Shown here: positions 48,621 to 59,702 of the stretch, in pieces
How positions within the stretch are numbered: position 1 is the first letter of the stretch
Layout of the letters: every line of letters begins with the position of its first letter
Assembly (NCBI GenBank): GCA_944373095.1
Contig: CALWAK010000001.1
Coordinates: forward strand, 12,719 to 76,718
DNA from: an uncultured Bacilli bacterium
Lineage (GTDB): Bacteria > Bacillota_I > Bacilli_A > RF39 > UBA660
DNA: 64,000 bases
Direction of reading: 5' to 3'
Position numbers and translations under genes: made by a program
Notes under the pieces: model-generated
Databases searched by the model: none
What the model saw: only the letters and a program-made list of their open reading frames with translations
What the model was told of the DNA's origin: nothing

Positions 48621-49145
48621 TTAATTTACATTAACTTTTAATATATATTTAACAGATATATCTTCTATATTAGAGGATTTTTTATTCCATATACTAAATT
48701 TCAATTCATTAGATGAATAAGGTTCTAATGAACTATTTAATATTTCAAAACAAGAATTATCATAATTAAATTTATTTAAAGATTTTACTAAAGACTTATT
48801 TATACTTATTCTAATATTTTCTTTATTAGAATCATTACCACATAATAATACGTGATAACTTTTTTTTATATTAGAATTATTAGTTAACATTATAGTATTA
48901 GATTCTAAATTAATTCCTTCTATATCAGATACTTTTTCTAACTTTTTATCTATATTAGAATCAATATCTATTACTACATCTTTTAATACATAAGTATCTC
49001 TATTATTAGTTAATAACCATTTACCTAATAGTATAGATAAATATATTAAAATAAAAACTATAAAAAGACATTGAATAATTAGAAAAATAATTTGATTATC
49101 AATAAAATCTTTATATTTCATACTATCACAATCTAATAATAGCAC
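48621..49145 (-). CDS. Hypothetical membrane-anchored protein
   Basis: N-terminal TM (IIFLIIQCLFIVFILIYLSILLG). No family recognised; start ambiguous, with an alternative ATG at 49121. Confidence 0.4.
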   Translation of the reverse strand: MLLLDCDSMKYKDFIDNQIIFLIIQCLFIVFILIYLSILLGKWLLTNNRDTYVLKDVVIDIDSNIDKKLEKVSDIEGINLESNTIMLTNNSNIKKSYHVLLCGNDSNKENIRISINKSLVKSLNKFNYDNSCFEILNSSLEPYSSNELKFSIWNKKSSNIEDISVKYILKVNVN

Positions 49146-49195
49146 AAAATATATTAACTAACAATCACTTAAAAATATCATTATCATATTATATA

Positions 49196-49393
49196 GTGGT
49201 GAAGCTTATGTGTAATAATCGACCTCGAATCCCCGGATTTTTTACTATTTTAGCCATAATGGCACTATCAATATTAATATTTTATCAAACTATAATAACT
49301 TTAATCTTACCATTTAGATGGAATATCTTTTTACTACTTATTGAAGTATCATTATTATTCTTTTTAATCTTTAGAATAATATGGCCTTATTAA
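49196..49393 (+). CDS. Possible small membrane protein (65 aa) on the plus strand
   Basis: Lies in the gap between two minus-strand genes. RBS GGTGA 5 nt before the ATG; two predicted TM helices. Confidence 0.3.
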   Translation: MVKLMCNNRPRIPGFFTILAIMALSILIFYQTIITLILPFRWNIFLLLIEVSLLFFLIFRIIWPY

Positions 49394-50239
49394 TTTCTCA
49401 GTTTTATAAATATAGTCTATTAAGTTATTAATCATCTTACAATTTTCTAACTCATTTTTAGTTAAATTAATAGTCCAAGGCATACTAATCATTATAAATA
49501 ATAATTTTTTTTCATCTTCCAATAATTCAAATATACTTAAATATTTTTTTAATACTGGTTCAAAAGAAGCAGAATAGTACTCTTTCCTATATAATTTTAT
49601 TATATCAAGTATAGGGCTATCAATAATATATTCATTCCAACTAATAATGTTATTATTTACTAAATGATTTAGTTCTAAATTATTATGAAGTAAGGCTACT
49701 CTTTTAGTTTTATTATCTTTAACAAGTTCATACCAATTATCAAGTTCTTGTTCACAGAATAATAAGCTATTATTTATTTTAGTATAATTTCGCATAAATA
49801 AATATGTAGAAGGAGACATATATATTTCTTTAAAGCCTTCTTCAAACATATTACCATAATATTCTTTTAAATAAAGAATATTATTTTTTATATCTTCATA
49901 GACACTCTTAAATTTATCTTCACTTACTTCTTTAAAATAAGCAGTTTTTCTATGTAAATCCGCTATTAATACGATTAAATCATTTATTTTTTGTTCTTTT
50001 GGAACTTCTATATCTTCAACATAATTAAATAAATATTCATTATCTTTATTATCTATTATCTTTGGATGACTATTAAAGTTTCTTGAATCTAGATATTTAA
50101 ATAAACTATTAAGATCATTATTACACTCTTTTAAAACATAATTACCAGCAGTACTTTCTAAAATAATACTTTTACCTTTATAAGTATAACGATATGGTTT
50201 TATTTTATTTTTTAACTCTTCAATATATCTATTAGTCAC
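49364..50239 (-). CDS. CotS-family/phosphotransferase-like (spore-coat-type kinase fold) protein
   Basis: About 290 aa with HNNLELNHLVNNNIISWNEYIIDSP, which resembles the kinase-like catalytic loop of the CotS/YutH family. Tentative. Confidence 0.4.
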   Translation of the reverse strand: MTNRYIEELKNKIKPYRYTYKGKSIILESTAGNYVLKECNNDLNSLFKYLDSRNFNSHPKIIDNKDNEYLFNYVEDIEVPKEQKINDLIVLIADLHRKTAYFKEVSEDKFKSVYEDIKNNILYLKEYYGNMFEEGFKEIYMSPSTYLFMRNYTKINNSLLFCEQELDNWYELVKDNKTKRVALLHNNLELNHLVNNNIISWNEYIIDSPILDIIKLYRKEYYSASFEPVLKKYLSIFELLEDEKKLLFIMISMPWTINLTKNELENCKMINNLIDYIYKTEKLIRPYYSKD

Positions 50240-50924
50240 TATTTTCTGGTATTAATACTTTATCTCCTGTTTCCCATTTAATAAACTCATTATACTCATT
50301 TAAAGTATCTTTAGAAACATTATATTTTAATGCAATAGAATCAATATTTTCTCCTTCGTCTAATACATGAATATGATAAGTTACATATGTATTAACTGTA
50401 TTAAAACTATTATTTAAAACAACATTATCCGTAGTATTAGTAGTTTTTTCATTAATTACATTGTCTTTAACTATTTCATTAGTTTTATCTAAAACATTAT
50501 CTAATATATTAATATCATTGTCTTTATTTTCTTCTATATTAATTATTTCTTCATTATCAATAGGAATATTAATTCTTTCTTCTTCCTCTTCTTTTTGTAT
50601 TTTTTCTTCTACTTCTTCATAGTCTAAACTAAATTCAATATTTACTCTTAAAGTATCTTCATCAAGTATTTCATAAGTAAAATTATTTATATCATGTTTA
50701 ATAGAATCTCTAATTATATTATCACTTAATTCTATGCTAAATGGGATACGATACTTAAATGGTTCTTTATTAACACTAAGTTCATGAATTTTATATTCTC
50801 CAGTCAAAATAAAATCCCCACTTAATTCCTCATCTAATACATTAGCTTCATATTCTAAAGAAATACTACATATTTCTTTTATTTTAGTATTAAATACTAT
50901 TTCTTTTTCATAAGGTACTATCAT
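50232..50924 (-). CDS. LysM-domain protein (C-terminal LysM; the N-terminal domain may be SPOCS/DUF3794-like, as in SipL/SafA-type morphogenetic proteins)
   Basis: C-terminus YHIHVLDEGENIDSIALKYNVSKDTLNEYNEFIKWETGDKVLIP is a LysM domain. An acidic E-rich linker precedes it. Confidence 0.5.
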   Translation of the reverse strand: MIVPYEKEIVFNTKIKEICSISLEYEANVLDEELSGDFILTGEYKIHELSVNKEPFKYRIPFSIELSDNIIRDSIKHDINNFTYEILDEDTLRVNIEFSLDYEEVEEKIQKEEEEERINIPIDNEEIINIEENKDNDINILDNVLDKTNEIVKDNVINEKTTNTTDNVVLNNSFNTVNTYVTYHIHVLDEGENIDSIALKYNVSKDTLNEYNEFIKWETGDKVLIPENSD

Positions 50925-50973
50925 AAATTATCATCTCCTAATTAAGAGTATGAAATTTTATTTTATTTAGTAC

Positions 50974-51381
50974 TTATTTTTTTAATACTTTTCGCAATAT
51001 ATCTAAATCTTTATTTATTTCTTCTATAATAAAAGCGTTGGAATACAAAGCATTATTAACAAAATTAAAGCTTGTTAAATTATTTTTATAAACTACATTA
51101 TACATTTCATCATCTATAATATTATAATGAATGTAACTAACTAACTTTCCTTCTTCAAAATGGATATATATACATTCTCCAGTTTTTTTTACTATTCTTA
51201 ACTCTAAATTTTTTTCTTTTCTTAATCTTCCTAATACTCTTATTGATAATATTATTTCATAAATATCTTCATTATCTAATTCTTTTAAATAATCTGTTAT
51301 TAAATTTTCATTATATATTTTATCATCACCTAAATATATAATACTCAGTGTATAATTTTCATTAGTGATTATCTTTCTCAT
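50974..51381 (-). CDS. Hypothetical protein (135 aa)
   Basis: Overlaps the yvcK 3' end by 20 bp. No family recognised. Confidence 0.4.
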   Translation of the reverse strand: MRKIITNENYTLSIIYLGDDKIYNENLITDYLKELDNEDIYEIILSIRVLGRLRKEKNLELRIVKKTGECIYIHFEEGKLVSYIHYNIIDDEMYNVVYKNNLTSFNFVNNALYSNAFIIEEINKDLDILRKVLKK

Positions 51382-52336
51382 ATTCCTCCTTATTATCCAT
51401 TAAATAACTAAATATTAAATAAGCTGTTTTTAAAGAATCATGGCGATATACATTATCCTCAATTGTATATAATTTATCACTAAGTAATTTAATATGCATT
51501 TTTTCTATTTCTTCTTTATCTAAAATAATTGGATCTTTTTCTTCTTCATTTGCATACTTTAATGCTAATTCGCTATTCATTATTGAATCATTAGCAACTA
51601 CAACATCTAATTTATTTTTACCTAAATATTTTTCTATTTCTTTTAAATGGTCACTTACTTTGAAATCATCTGTTTCTCCTGGTTGCGTAAATAAGTTGCA
51701 TACATACATTTTATTTGCCTTAGATTTATTAATACAATTCACTAAAGTTTTATCAATTAAATGCGGTATTATTGATGTAAGTAGTGATCCTGTAGAAAAT
51801 ATTATTAAATCAGCTTCTTCAACTGCTTTAATGACTTTAGGATTTATCTTGAATTTTTTATCATACATAACTTTTATTATTTTTTTATCACATTTAGTAA
51901 GTTGTTCTTCCCCAACTATTTTTTTGTTATCATCTGTAATTCCAACTAAATTAACATTATCTTCAGTTAAAGGTAAGACAATACCATTAATATTTAATAA
52001 TGATATTAAAACTGGTATTGCCTTATCAAAATTACCCTTTATATCTAATAAAGCAGTTAAGAGTAAGTTTTTAACAGAATGATTTCCTAAAGTTTTAGAC
52101 TTAGTAAAACGATAATTCATTAATTTTTCTAAATCACTACTAGTATTAGCCATCGCAAGCATTACTTTAGAAATATCACCTACTGCTGGTATATCTAGCT
52201 CATCACGAAGTCTTCCAGTTGAAGCACCATTATCGGCAACTGATACAATCGCTGTTATATTAACTGGAAATAGTTTTAATCCTTTTAAAATTTGAGATAA
52301 ACCAGAGCCACCACCAAATACTACTACTTTTTTCAT
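51362..52336 (-). CDS. yvcK: YvcK/gluconeogenesis-factor family (UPF0052, CofD-like)
   Basis: MKKVVVFGGGSGLSQILKGLK...AIVSVADNGASTGRLRDELDIPAVGD. Start at the ATG at 52336 with RBS GGTGAT. Confidence 0.8.
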   Translation of the reverse strand: MKKVVVFGGGSGLSQILKGLKLFPVNITAIVSVADNGASTGRLRDELDIPAVGDISKVMLAMANTSSDLEKLMNYRFTKSKTLGNHSVKNLLLTALLDIKGNFDKAIPVLISLLNINGIVLPLTEDNVNLVGITDDNKKIVGEEQLTKCDKKIIKVMYDKKFKINPKVIKAVEEADLIIFSTGSLLTSIIPHLIDKTLVNCINKSKANKMYVCNLFTQPGETDDFKVSDHLKEIEKYLGKNKLDVVVANDSIMNSELALKYANEEEKDPIILDKEEIEKMHIKLLSDKLYTIEDNVYRHDSLKTAYLIFSYLMDNKEEYEKDNH

Positions 52337-52426
52337 ATTATCACCATTAAATAATATACTACACAATCTAAATTAATAACATAAAATTAAAATAAATTAA
52401 TTTTTAAATAATAATATTTAACTTTT

Positions 52427-54206
52427 TTATAACATCCAAAAATATATATACTTATTCTTTCTTTCTAATTTTTTTGAATTGTCAGAATTTGATTTTTTCT
52501 TATCTACTCTATTACTATACTCATCATATTCTTCTAATCTAGTTAAGTAACTTTTTAATTCACTTTTTATTTCATATAAATCACTTATTATTTTCGTTTT
52601 AATAATTAATATATCACTTGTTAAACCATAGGTTTTATTATTTGATTCGATAATACTATTTAAATCTTCATTATTTAATAATTTATACCAATATTTTAAT
52701 AATTTTTTTAGTTTATTATTTATATTATCTTTAGTATTGTCATCTAATAGACAATTATTAGTTAAACTTAGTATTTCTTTTAGAATAGAAATTAACCAAT
52801 TATCATTTTCATTAACCTTATTTTTCATATATTTTTTAGTTAAAGCAATATCATTTAATAATTCTTTATTTTCCATTATTTTAGAAATTTCCTTATTTAA
52901 TTCTTCTAAGATACGATTTAATTCCTGACGAAAGTTAGTCTCAATTTGACAAGCTGATAAATATTCTTCATCATCAAATAAAAAAAACAACATTATCTTT
53001 TACAAACTTAATATATTTTTTAATTAACTTATGATATTTATCATATAGTTCACTAATTATTTTATTATTTATATTAGTAAATACATCATTTAAACTGATT
53101 AATTCATTTGCTAAACTACTATTCCCCTCAAATTGCAAACTCTTTAATAAATTTTCATATGGTAAAGCAAGCATTACTTGTTGATATATTTTATCAAGTT
53201 CAATATTAAAAAATATATTTATATCAATGTCATTTAAATCTATTTTATTATTAAATATATTACTTAAACTATTATTAATAAATTCTTTAGCAGCCAATAA
53301 TAACTCTTTTAATTTATTTACTAAACTCTTATTTTTAAATAAACTAGAAATTTCTTTTATTTTACGTATTTTATTAAAATTATTATCATCTTTTAATTCT
53401 ATATATTTATCTTCTATAATAAAACTATAATACTCTCTTATTTTAAAAGATAAATTTAACATTTTCTTATTACTGTTTAATAATATTAATATATTATTTA
53501 AAGAAATGATTAAATTATTTTGTAAGTCTCTAGGACTTGTACATTCTAAAGTTAAACAAGTATTTTCTTTTCGATTATAATCTTGTTTAAAATTCGATAG
53601 ATTATTCTCATATTCATCTAACAATTTAGAAACTTTTCTTTTAATAACATTAGCAACCTCATCATCCAAGCTTTTACAAAGTTTTTTAATTTCCTTTACT
53701 AAGTCTTTTACTTCATCATCATTAATATTAGATTTAGCTAAATCTAATTCTTCTACAATACTAATTTGTATGCCATTCATATAAGAAAGTTTTTTTATCA
53801 TAGTTTTTTCGTGAGTAGAAAGTTTATTATTTACAATAACTATTTTTTTTAACTTATTAAAATTATCAATTGTATAAATTCTATCGTGTAATAAGAATTT
53901 TTTTAAAAAATTATAATCACCATCAATAGCATTAATTTTTGTTACTAAAGAAAAATTATTATCAGCAATAAAAAGGCCATTATTATAAAAAGTTAGTTCA
54001 TTTATTGGATTATTAAAAAAGGCATACGAAAATATATCTGTAACACTACTTGGTATAAATAGCTTTGTTATATAGTTATTCGCAAAAGCATATCCTCCTA
54101 TTACTTTAACACCATTTTCTATAACAATAGAATCTATATTCTTGTTGTAGTACTCTTCACATTCTATTTGTTTCTTATCATCGTGAATTATTAAAGTCTT
54201 CCCCAT
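52427..54206 (-). pseudogene. BspA-type LRR protein paralog split by a -1/+1 frameshift in a T8 homopolymer (ORFs 52974..54206 and 52427..52993)
   Basis: The two ORFs align end-to-end with the intact 618-aa paralog (...KYIKFVKDNVVFF | LFDDEEYLSACQIETNFRQ... vs ...KYIDIIKSNVTDIFNNQEFLSANQIETNFRQ...). The junction is at aaaaaaaa, 52980..52987. Confidence 0.6.
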
Positions 54207-54258
54207 AAAAATATCCCCTTAATTGGGGATATTATAGCATATTTTTTATATAAGTAAA

Positions 54259-56115
54259 TTAATTTCTTCCAGAATAGTATTTGTCATATTTAGCAAAATC
54301 CCAAAAAGAAAGATGCTTATATTCTTTTTTTAATTCTTTTGAATTATTTTCTATTAAACTACTTTTAGTTTCTTTGGTTTTATTCATCTCTAAATTATTG
54401 TATTTATTATATTCTTCTAATCGTATTAAATAACTTTCCACTTCTCTTTTTATTTCATAGAAATCTCTAATTATTTTTGTTTTTACTATTAAAACGTCAC
54501 TTGTTAAACCATAACTATTATTAAGAGATTCAACAATACTATTTAAACTATTATTGCTTAATAATGTGTACCAATATTGTAACAATTTTGTTAACTTATC
54601 ATTAATATCTCCTACAATGTTATCTTCTAATAAATTATTATTAGTTAAACTCAATACCTCTATGATAATAGAAATTAACCAATTTTCATTTTCACTATAA
54701 TGATATTCTATATACTTGTTAGCTAGACATATATCACTAAGTAATTCTTGATTTTCTAATATTTTAGGTAATTCTTTATTTAATTCTTCTAATAATAAAT
54801 TTAACTCTTGACGAAAATTAGTTTCAATTTGATTAGCTGATAAAAATTCTTGATTATTAAAAATATCAGTTACATTGCTTTTTATAATATCAATATATTT
54901 TTTTATTAATTCTTGATATTTATTAAATAAAGAATTAAGTAATTCGCTATTTACCTTACTAAATATATCATTTAAATTATTTAAATCAGCTGCTAATTTA
55001 CTATCGCCTTTTAGTCCTAAACTCTTTAACAAATTTTCATATGGAATTAAAAATAATGCTTGTTGATAAATTTTATCAAGTTCAGAATCAAAAAGACTAG
55101 GTATATCTAAGTTAGTCAAATCTAATTTATCATTAAATAAATTATCTAAATTATTATTAATTTGCATTTTTATATTTAATAATAACTCTGCAACTTTAGC
55201 AACTAAAAATTTATTTTTAAATATTCTATCTAATTCTTTTATTTTACTTATTTTTTTAAAATTATTATCTTCTGCTACTTCTATATTTTTATCATACATA
55301 AAAAATTCATTATATCGAGTTATTTTAGTTGATAAATTTAATATTTTTTTACGACTATTTAATAACAATATTAAATTATTTAAAGATATGATTAAATTAT
55401 TTCGTAAATCTCTAGGATTTGTACATTCTAATGTTAATATTTGTTCTTCTTGATAATAATCTGGTTTTAAATTTACTAAATTTTTATTATATTCATCTAA
55501 TAATTTAGTAACTTTCATTTGAATTATATTACTACTCTGTTCATCTAACCCCTTACAAAGTAACTTAATTTCTTCTAATAAATTATTTAACTCATCATCA
55601 ACACTAATTTCTTGAAAAGAATCTTCTTCTGCAACATTAAACCTAGTTATATCAGTTGCAAAACTTATTTGAATTCCTTTTATCATGGCAAATTCTTTTA
55701 TTTTTCTCTTTTCACTAAAAGTTAATTTATTATTAACTAGCACTATTCTTTCTAATTTTTTAAAATTATCTGTATCAATAATTTCAATATATCTAAAAAA
55801 TTTTTCTAAAAAAGCAGAATTACCATTTATTACATTAAGTGTTAAGACATAATAAAAATTATAATCACAAATATAAGGTAAAATTCCATTATTATAAAGC
55901 GTTAACTCTGTTATTGGATTTCCAGAAAAAGCCTCATAAAAAATTTTATCTATACTTTTAGGTATAATCAAATTAGTTATATTATTGTGAGCAAAAGCAC
56001 GTACTGCTATTTCTTTAACTCCTTCTTTTATAAAAAGAAAAGCAATACCTTGATCAAAATATTCTTCATATTTAATAAGTTGTCTTTTTCCATCAATTAC
56101 TACAGTTTTTCCCAT
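54259..56115 (-). CDS. BspA-type leucine-rich-repeat N-terminal domain protein with a long helical C-terminal region (618 aa)
   Basis: N-terminus IKEGVKEIAVRAFAHNNITNLIIPKSIDKIFYEAFSGNPITELTLYNNG follows the LRR_5 pattern. Own promoter and RBS shared verbatim with the paralog. Confidence 0.5.
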   Translation of the reverse strand: MGKTVVIDGKRQLIKYEEYFDQGIAFLFIKEGVKEIAVRAFAHNNITNLIIPKSIDKIFYEAFSGNPITELTLYNNGILPYICDYNFYYVLTLNVINGNSAFLEKFFRYIEIIDTDNFKKLERIVLVNNKLTFSEKRKIKEFAMIKGIQISFATDITRFNVAEEDSFQEISVDDELNNLLEEIKLLCKGLDEQSSNIIQMKVTKLLDEYNKNLVNLKPDYYQEEQILTLECTNPRDLRNNLIISLNNLILLLNSRKKILNLSTKITRYNEFFMYDKNIEVAEDNNFKKISKIKELDRIFKNKFLVAKVAELLLNIKMQINNNLDNLFNDKLDLTNLDIPSLFDSELDKIYQQALFLIPYENLLKSLGLKGDSKLAADLNNLNDIFSKVNSELLNSLFNKYQELIKKYIDIIKSNVTDIFNNQEFLSANQIETNFRQELNLLLEELNKELPKILENQELLSDICLANKYIEYHYSENENWLISIIIEVLSLTNNNLLEDNIVGDINDKLTKLLQYWYTLLSNNSLNSIVESLNNSYGLTSDVLIVKTKIIRDFYEIKREVESYLIRLEEYNKYNNLEMNKTKETKSSLIENNSKELKKEYKHLSFWDFAKYDKYYSGRN

Positions 56116-56167
56116 AAAAAATTCCCCTTAATTGGGGATATTATAGCATATTTTTTATATAAGTAAA

Positions 56168-56818
56168 TTATTTTTTTACTTCACTTCTTCTAATTAAATA
56201 TATCTTATTTCTTTTATAAAAAGCATATAATACATCTTTAGTAGTTAATCTACTTTTTAAAAGTTCATCTATTAACCATTTTTTACTCTTTTTAATTTCT
56301 GTTAAAGTATTATAATCTATTTTACCATCTATAATTAATGGCAATGGATAAGAACTTTTTAATTTTAATAAATCATAGGGAAATATTGATAATTTACCAT
56401 TAGATTCTAATAAGGCATACTCTATTTCTTCAATACTTTTATTGCCATTTAATCTTAATTGAACTAATAAATCATCTAAAGAGTACCTTAATTTAGCCAT
56501 CTCATTATAATTTAGTTTGCCATCACATATAATTAGTGATGGTTTACCTCCTAGAAAATTTCTAATTTTACGAGATTTAGTTGATAAATAAGCAAGTACT
56601 ATTTCTAATATAACTAGTACACTAATAGGTATAATCGTTTTAAATAAAGTTTGCTCATAATTTTCAATAGATATAGCAACCATTTCTGCAATTAAAATAG
56701 ATACTATTAAATCTATTATACCTAATTGACCTACTTCTCTTTTACCCATAATACGATATGCTAATATTATAAAAAAGTAAAAAAAGATAGTTTTTAAAGT
56801 AACTATTACTAAGTCCAT
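56168..56818 (-). CDS. DUF421 (YetF-like) membrane protein
   Basis: RIMGKREVGQLGIIDLIVSILIAEMVAISI matches the DUF421/YetF N-terminal signature. Confidence 0.6.
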   Translation of the reverse strand: MDLVIVTLKTIFFYFFIILAYRIMGKREVGQLGIIDLIVSILIAEMVAISIENYEQTLFKTIIPISVLVILEIVLAYLSTKSRKIRNFLGGKPSLIICDGKLNYNEMAKLRYSLDDLLVQLRLNGNKSIEEIEYALLESNGKLSIFPYDLLKLKSSYPLPLIIDGKIDYNTLTEIKKSKKWLIDELLKSRLTTKDVLYAFYKRNKIYLIRRSEVKK

Positions 56819-56884
56819 AACATCACCATTATTATTATGAGTAATAATTAATTATTTTAAACATAGATTTTATTAGGTGATTAT

Positions 56885-57247
56885 ATGAAAAATATTCATT
56901 TATCTATAAAAGATATAGGTATATTCTTATTAGCTATATTACTTAGTAATTTATTAATATCTACATTATATTTATATACTAATATGTCACTAAATACTAA
57001 TAATACTCTTTTATTAATTACTACTATTCTTAGTTTTTCTTATTTAGGTTTAGTAACAGGTAGAAAAACAACTAATAAAGGTTACATTAGTGGTTTAATA
57101 GTAAGTGGTATAGTAATAAGTATTATGTTTATTATAAGTATATTATTTCATAATTATATAAGTGTATTTAAAATTCTATATTATATATTACTAATGTTAG
57201 TAACAGTTATATCTAGTATAATTGGTATTAATATAAAAAAAAGATAG
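56885..57247 (+). CDS. Small polytopic membrane protein (120 aa)
   Basis: Three to four predicted TM helices; the only sizeable plus-strand ORF in the region. Confidence 0.4.
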   Translation: MKNIHLSIKDIGIFLLAILLSNLLISTLYLYTNMSLNTNNTLLLITTILSFSYLGLVTGRKTTNKGYISGLIVSGIVISIMFIISILFHNYISVFKILYYILLMLVTVISSIIGINIKKR

Positions 57248-58679
<1,432 letters not shown>

Positions 58680-58711
58680 TTATCAAATATGTTATTTAAT
58701 GTAAAATACTT

Positions 58712-58743
58712 AATATAAAAAGATTAGAATATCTTTTCTAATC
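58712..58743 (-). terminator. Rho-independent terminator downstream of the DUF362 gene
   Basis: Transcript GAUUAGAA-aagaua-UUCUAAUC (8-bp stem) followed by UUUUUAUAUU. Confidence 0.45.
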
Positions 58744-58749
58744 AAATTA

Positions 58750-59628
58750 TTATTCAATAGTAATTAATTCATAGTCAGCAGTACCAAAATTATGTTTTAA
58801 AGCGGCCTCTACTGTATGAGTTCCATGACGAGATTCAATTCTTTCTACTAAATGATCTCGACCAGGATCTTTTGAATTATAAACTAAATCTAGGCATGCC
58901 TTATCTATAGCAATAGGATCTAAGCTAGCAAGTATACCAATATCTTTCATACATGGGTCTTCAGCAATCATACAACAATCACAATCAACACTCATATTAG
59001 CCATAACATTGATATAAAGAATATTACCATTAAAATATTTATGAACACTAGATGCTGCATCAGCCATTGCTTCTAAAAATAAATCTTGTTCAGGTAAATT
59101 ATCTAATAATTTTGTTTGATCCTTTTCTTTTCCGGCTGAATGAATCCAAGTTTTTCCTGCTGAAGAAGCACAACCAATTGATAATTGTTTTAAGGCACCG
59201 CCATATCCACCCATTGGATGTCCTTTAAAGTGTGATATTACTAACATCGAATCATAGTTTTCTATTTTTTTACCAACAAAATTATTTTTTATTACTAACC
59301 CATCTGGTATAGCAAGTTCTAAGTCATCATCACTATCTAAAATATCAACATTATAATATTTATTCCAGCCATGTTTTTCAATTAACCTTTTATGTTTTTC
59401 AGTACTATTTCTAGCTCCTTCATAAGCAGTATTACATTCTACAATCGTTCCACCAACATATTTTACAATATCTTGATAAAATTCTGGTTTTAAAAAATTT
59501 TGATTACCTTCTTCTCCAGAATGTACTTTTATAGCAACTTTACCTTTTAAATTAATATTTAACATCTTATATATTTTTACTAAGTTTTCTTTATTTATTT
59601 CTTTTATAAAATATACTTTACTTTTCAT
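58750..59628 (-). CDS. DUF362-domain protein
   Basis: ISHFKGHPMGGYGGALKQLSIGCAS...VDCDCCMIAEDPC is DUF362-like. Start at the ATG at 59628 (MKSKVYFIKEI) with RBS AAGGAAAG. Confidence 0.5.
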   Translation of the reverse strand: MKSKVYFIKEINKENLVKIYKMLNINLKGKVAIKVHSGEEGNQNFLKPEFYQDIVKYVGGTIVECNTAYEGARNSTEKHKRLIEKHGWNKYYNVDILDSDDDLELAIPDGLVIKNNFVGKKIENYDSMLVISHFKGHPMGGYGGALKQLSIGCASSAGKTWIHSAGKEKDQTKLLDNLPEQDLFLEAMADAASSVHKYFNGNILYINVMANMSVDCDCCMIAEDPCMKDIGILASLDPIAIDKACLDLVYNSKDPGRDHLVERIESRHGTHTVEAALKHNFGTADYELITIE

Positions 59629-59651
59629 ATTATCTTTCCTTTTTTCTAATA

Positions 59652-59694
59652 TTTTCACCAGAAAATATCGTATAATGGTAAATTCTGGTGAAAA
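59652..59694. promoter_or_regulatory. Perfect 12-bp inverted repeat (TTTTCACCAGAA-N19-TTCTGGTGAAAA) between murT and the DUF362 gene
   Basis: Seen directly in the sequence. The spacer contains TATAAT on the plus strand. Candidate operator or stem-loop. Confidence 0.5.
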
Positions 59695-59702
59695 TTAAGA
59701 TA

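Noticed and set aside
56885-57247. 120-aa polytopic membrane ORF as a possible TadV/CpaA-type prepilin peptidase
   Set aside because: It lacks the two conserved catalytic Asp residues in cytoplasmic loops. The sequence is nearly devoid of Asp and too short.
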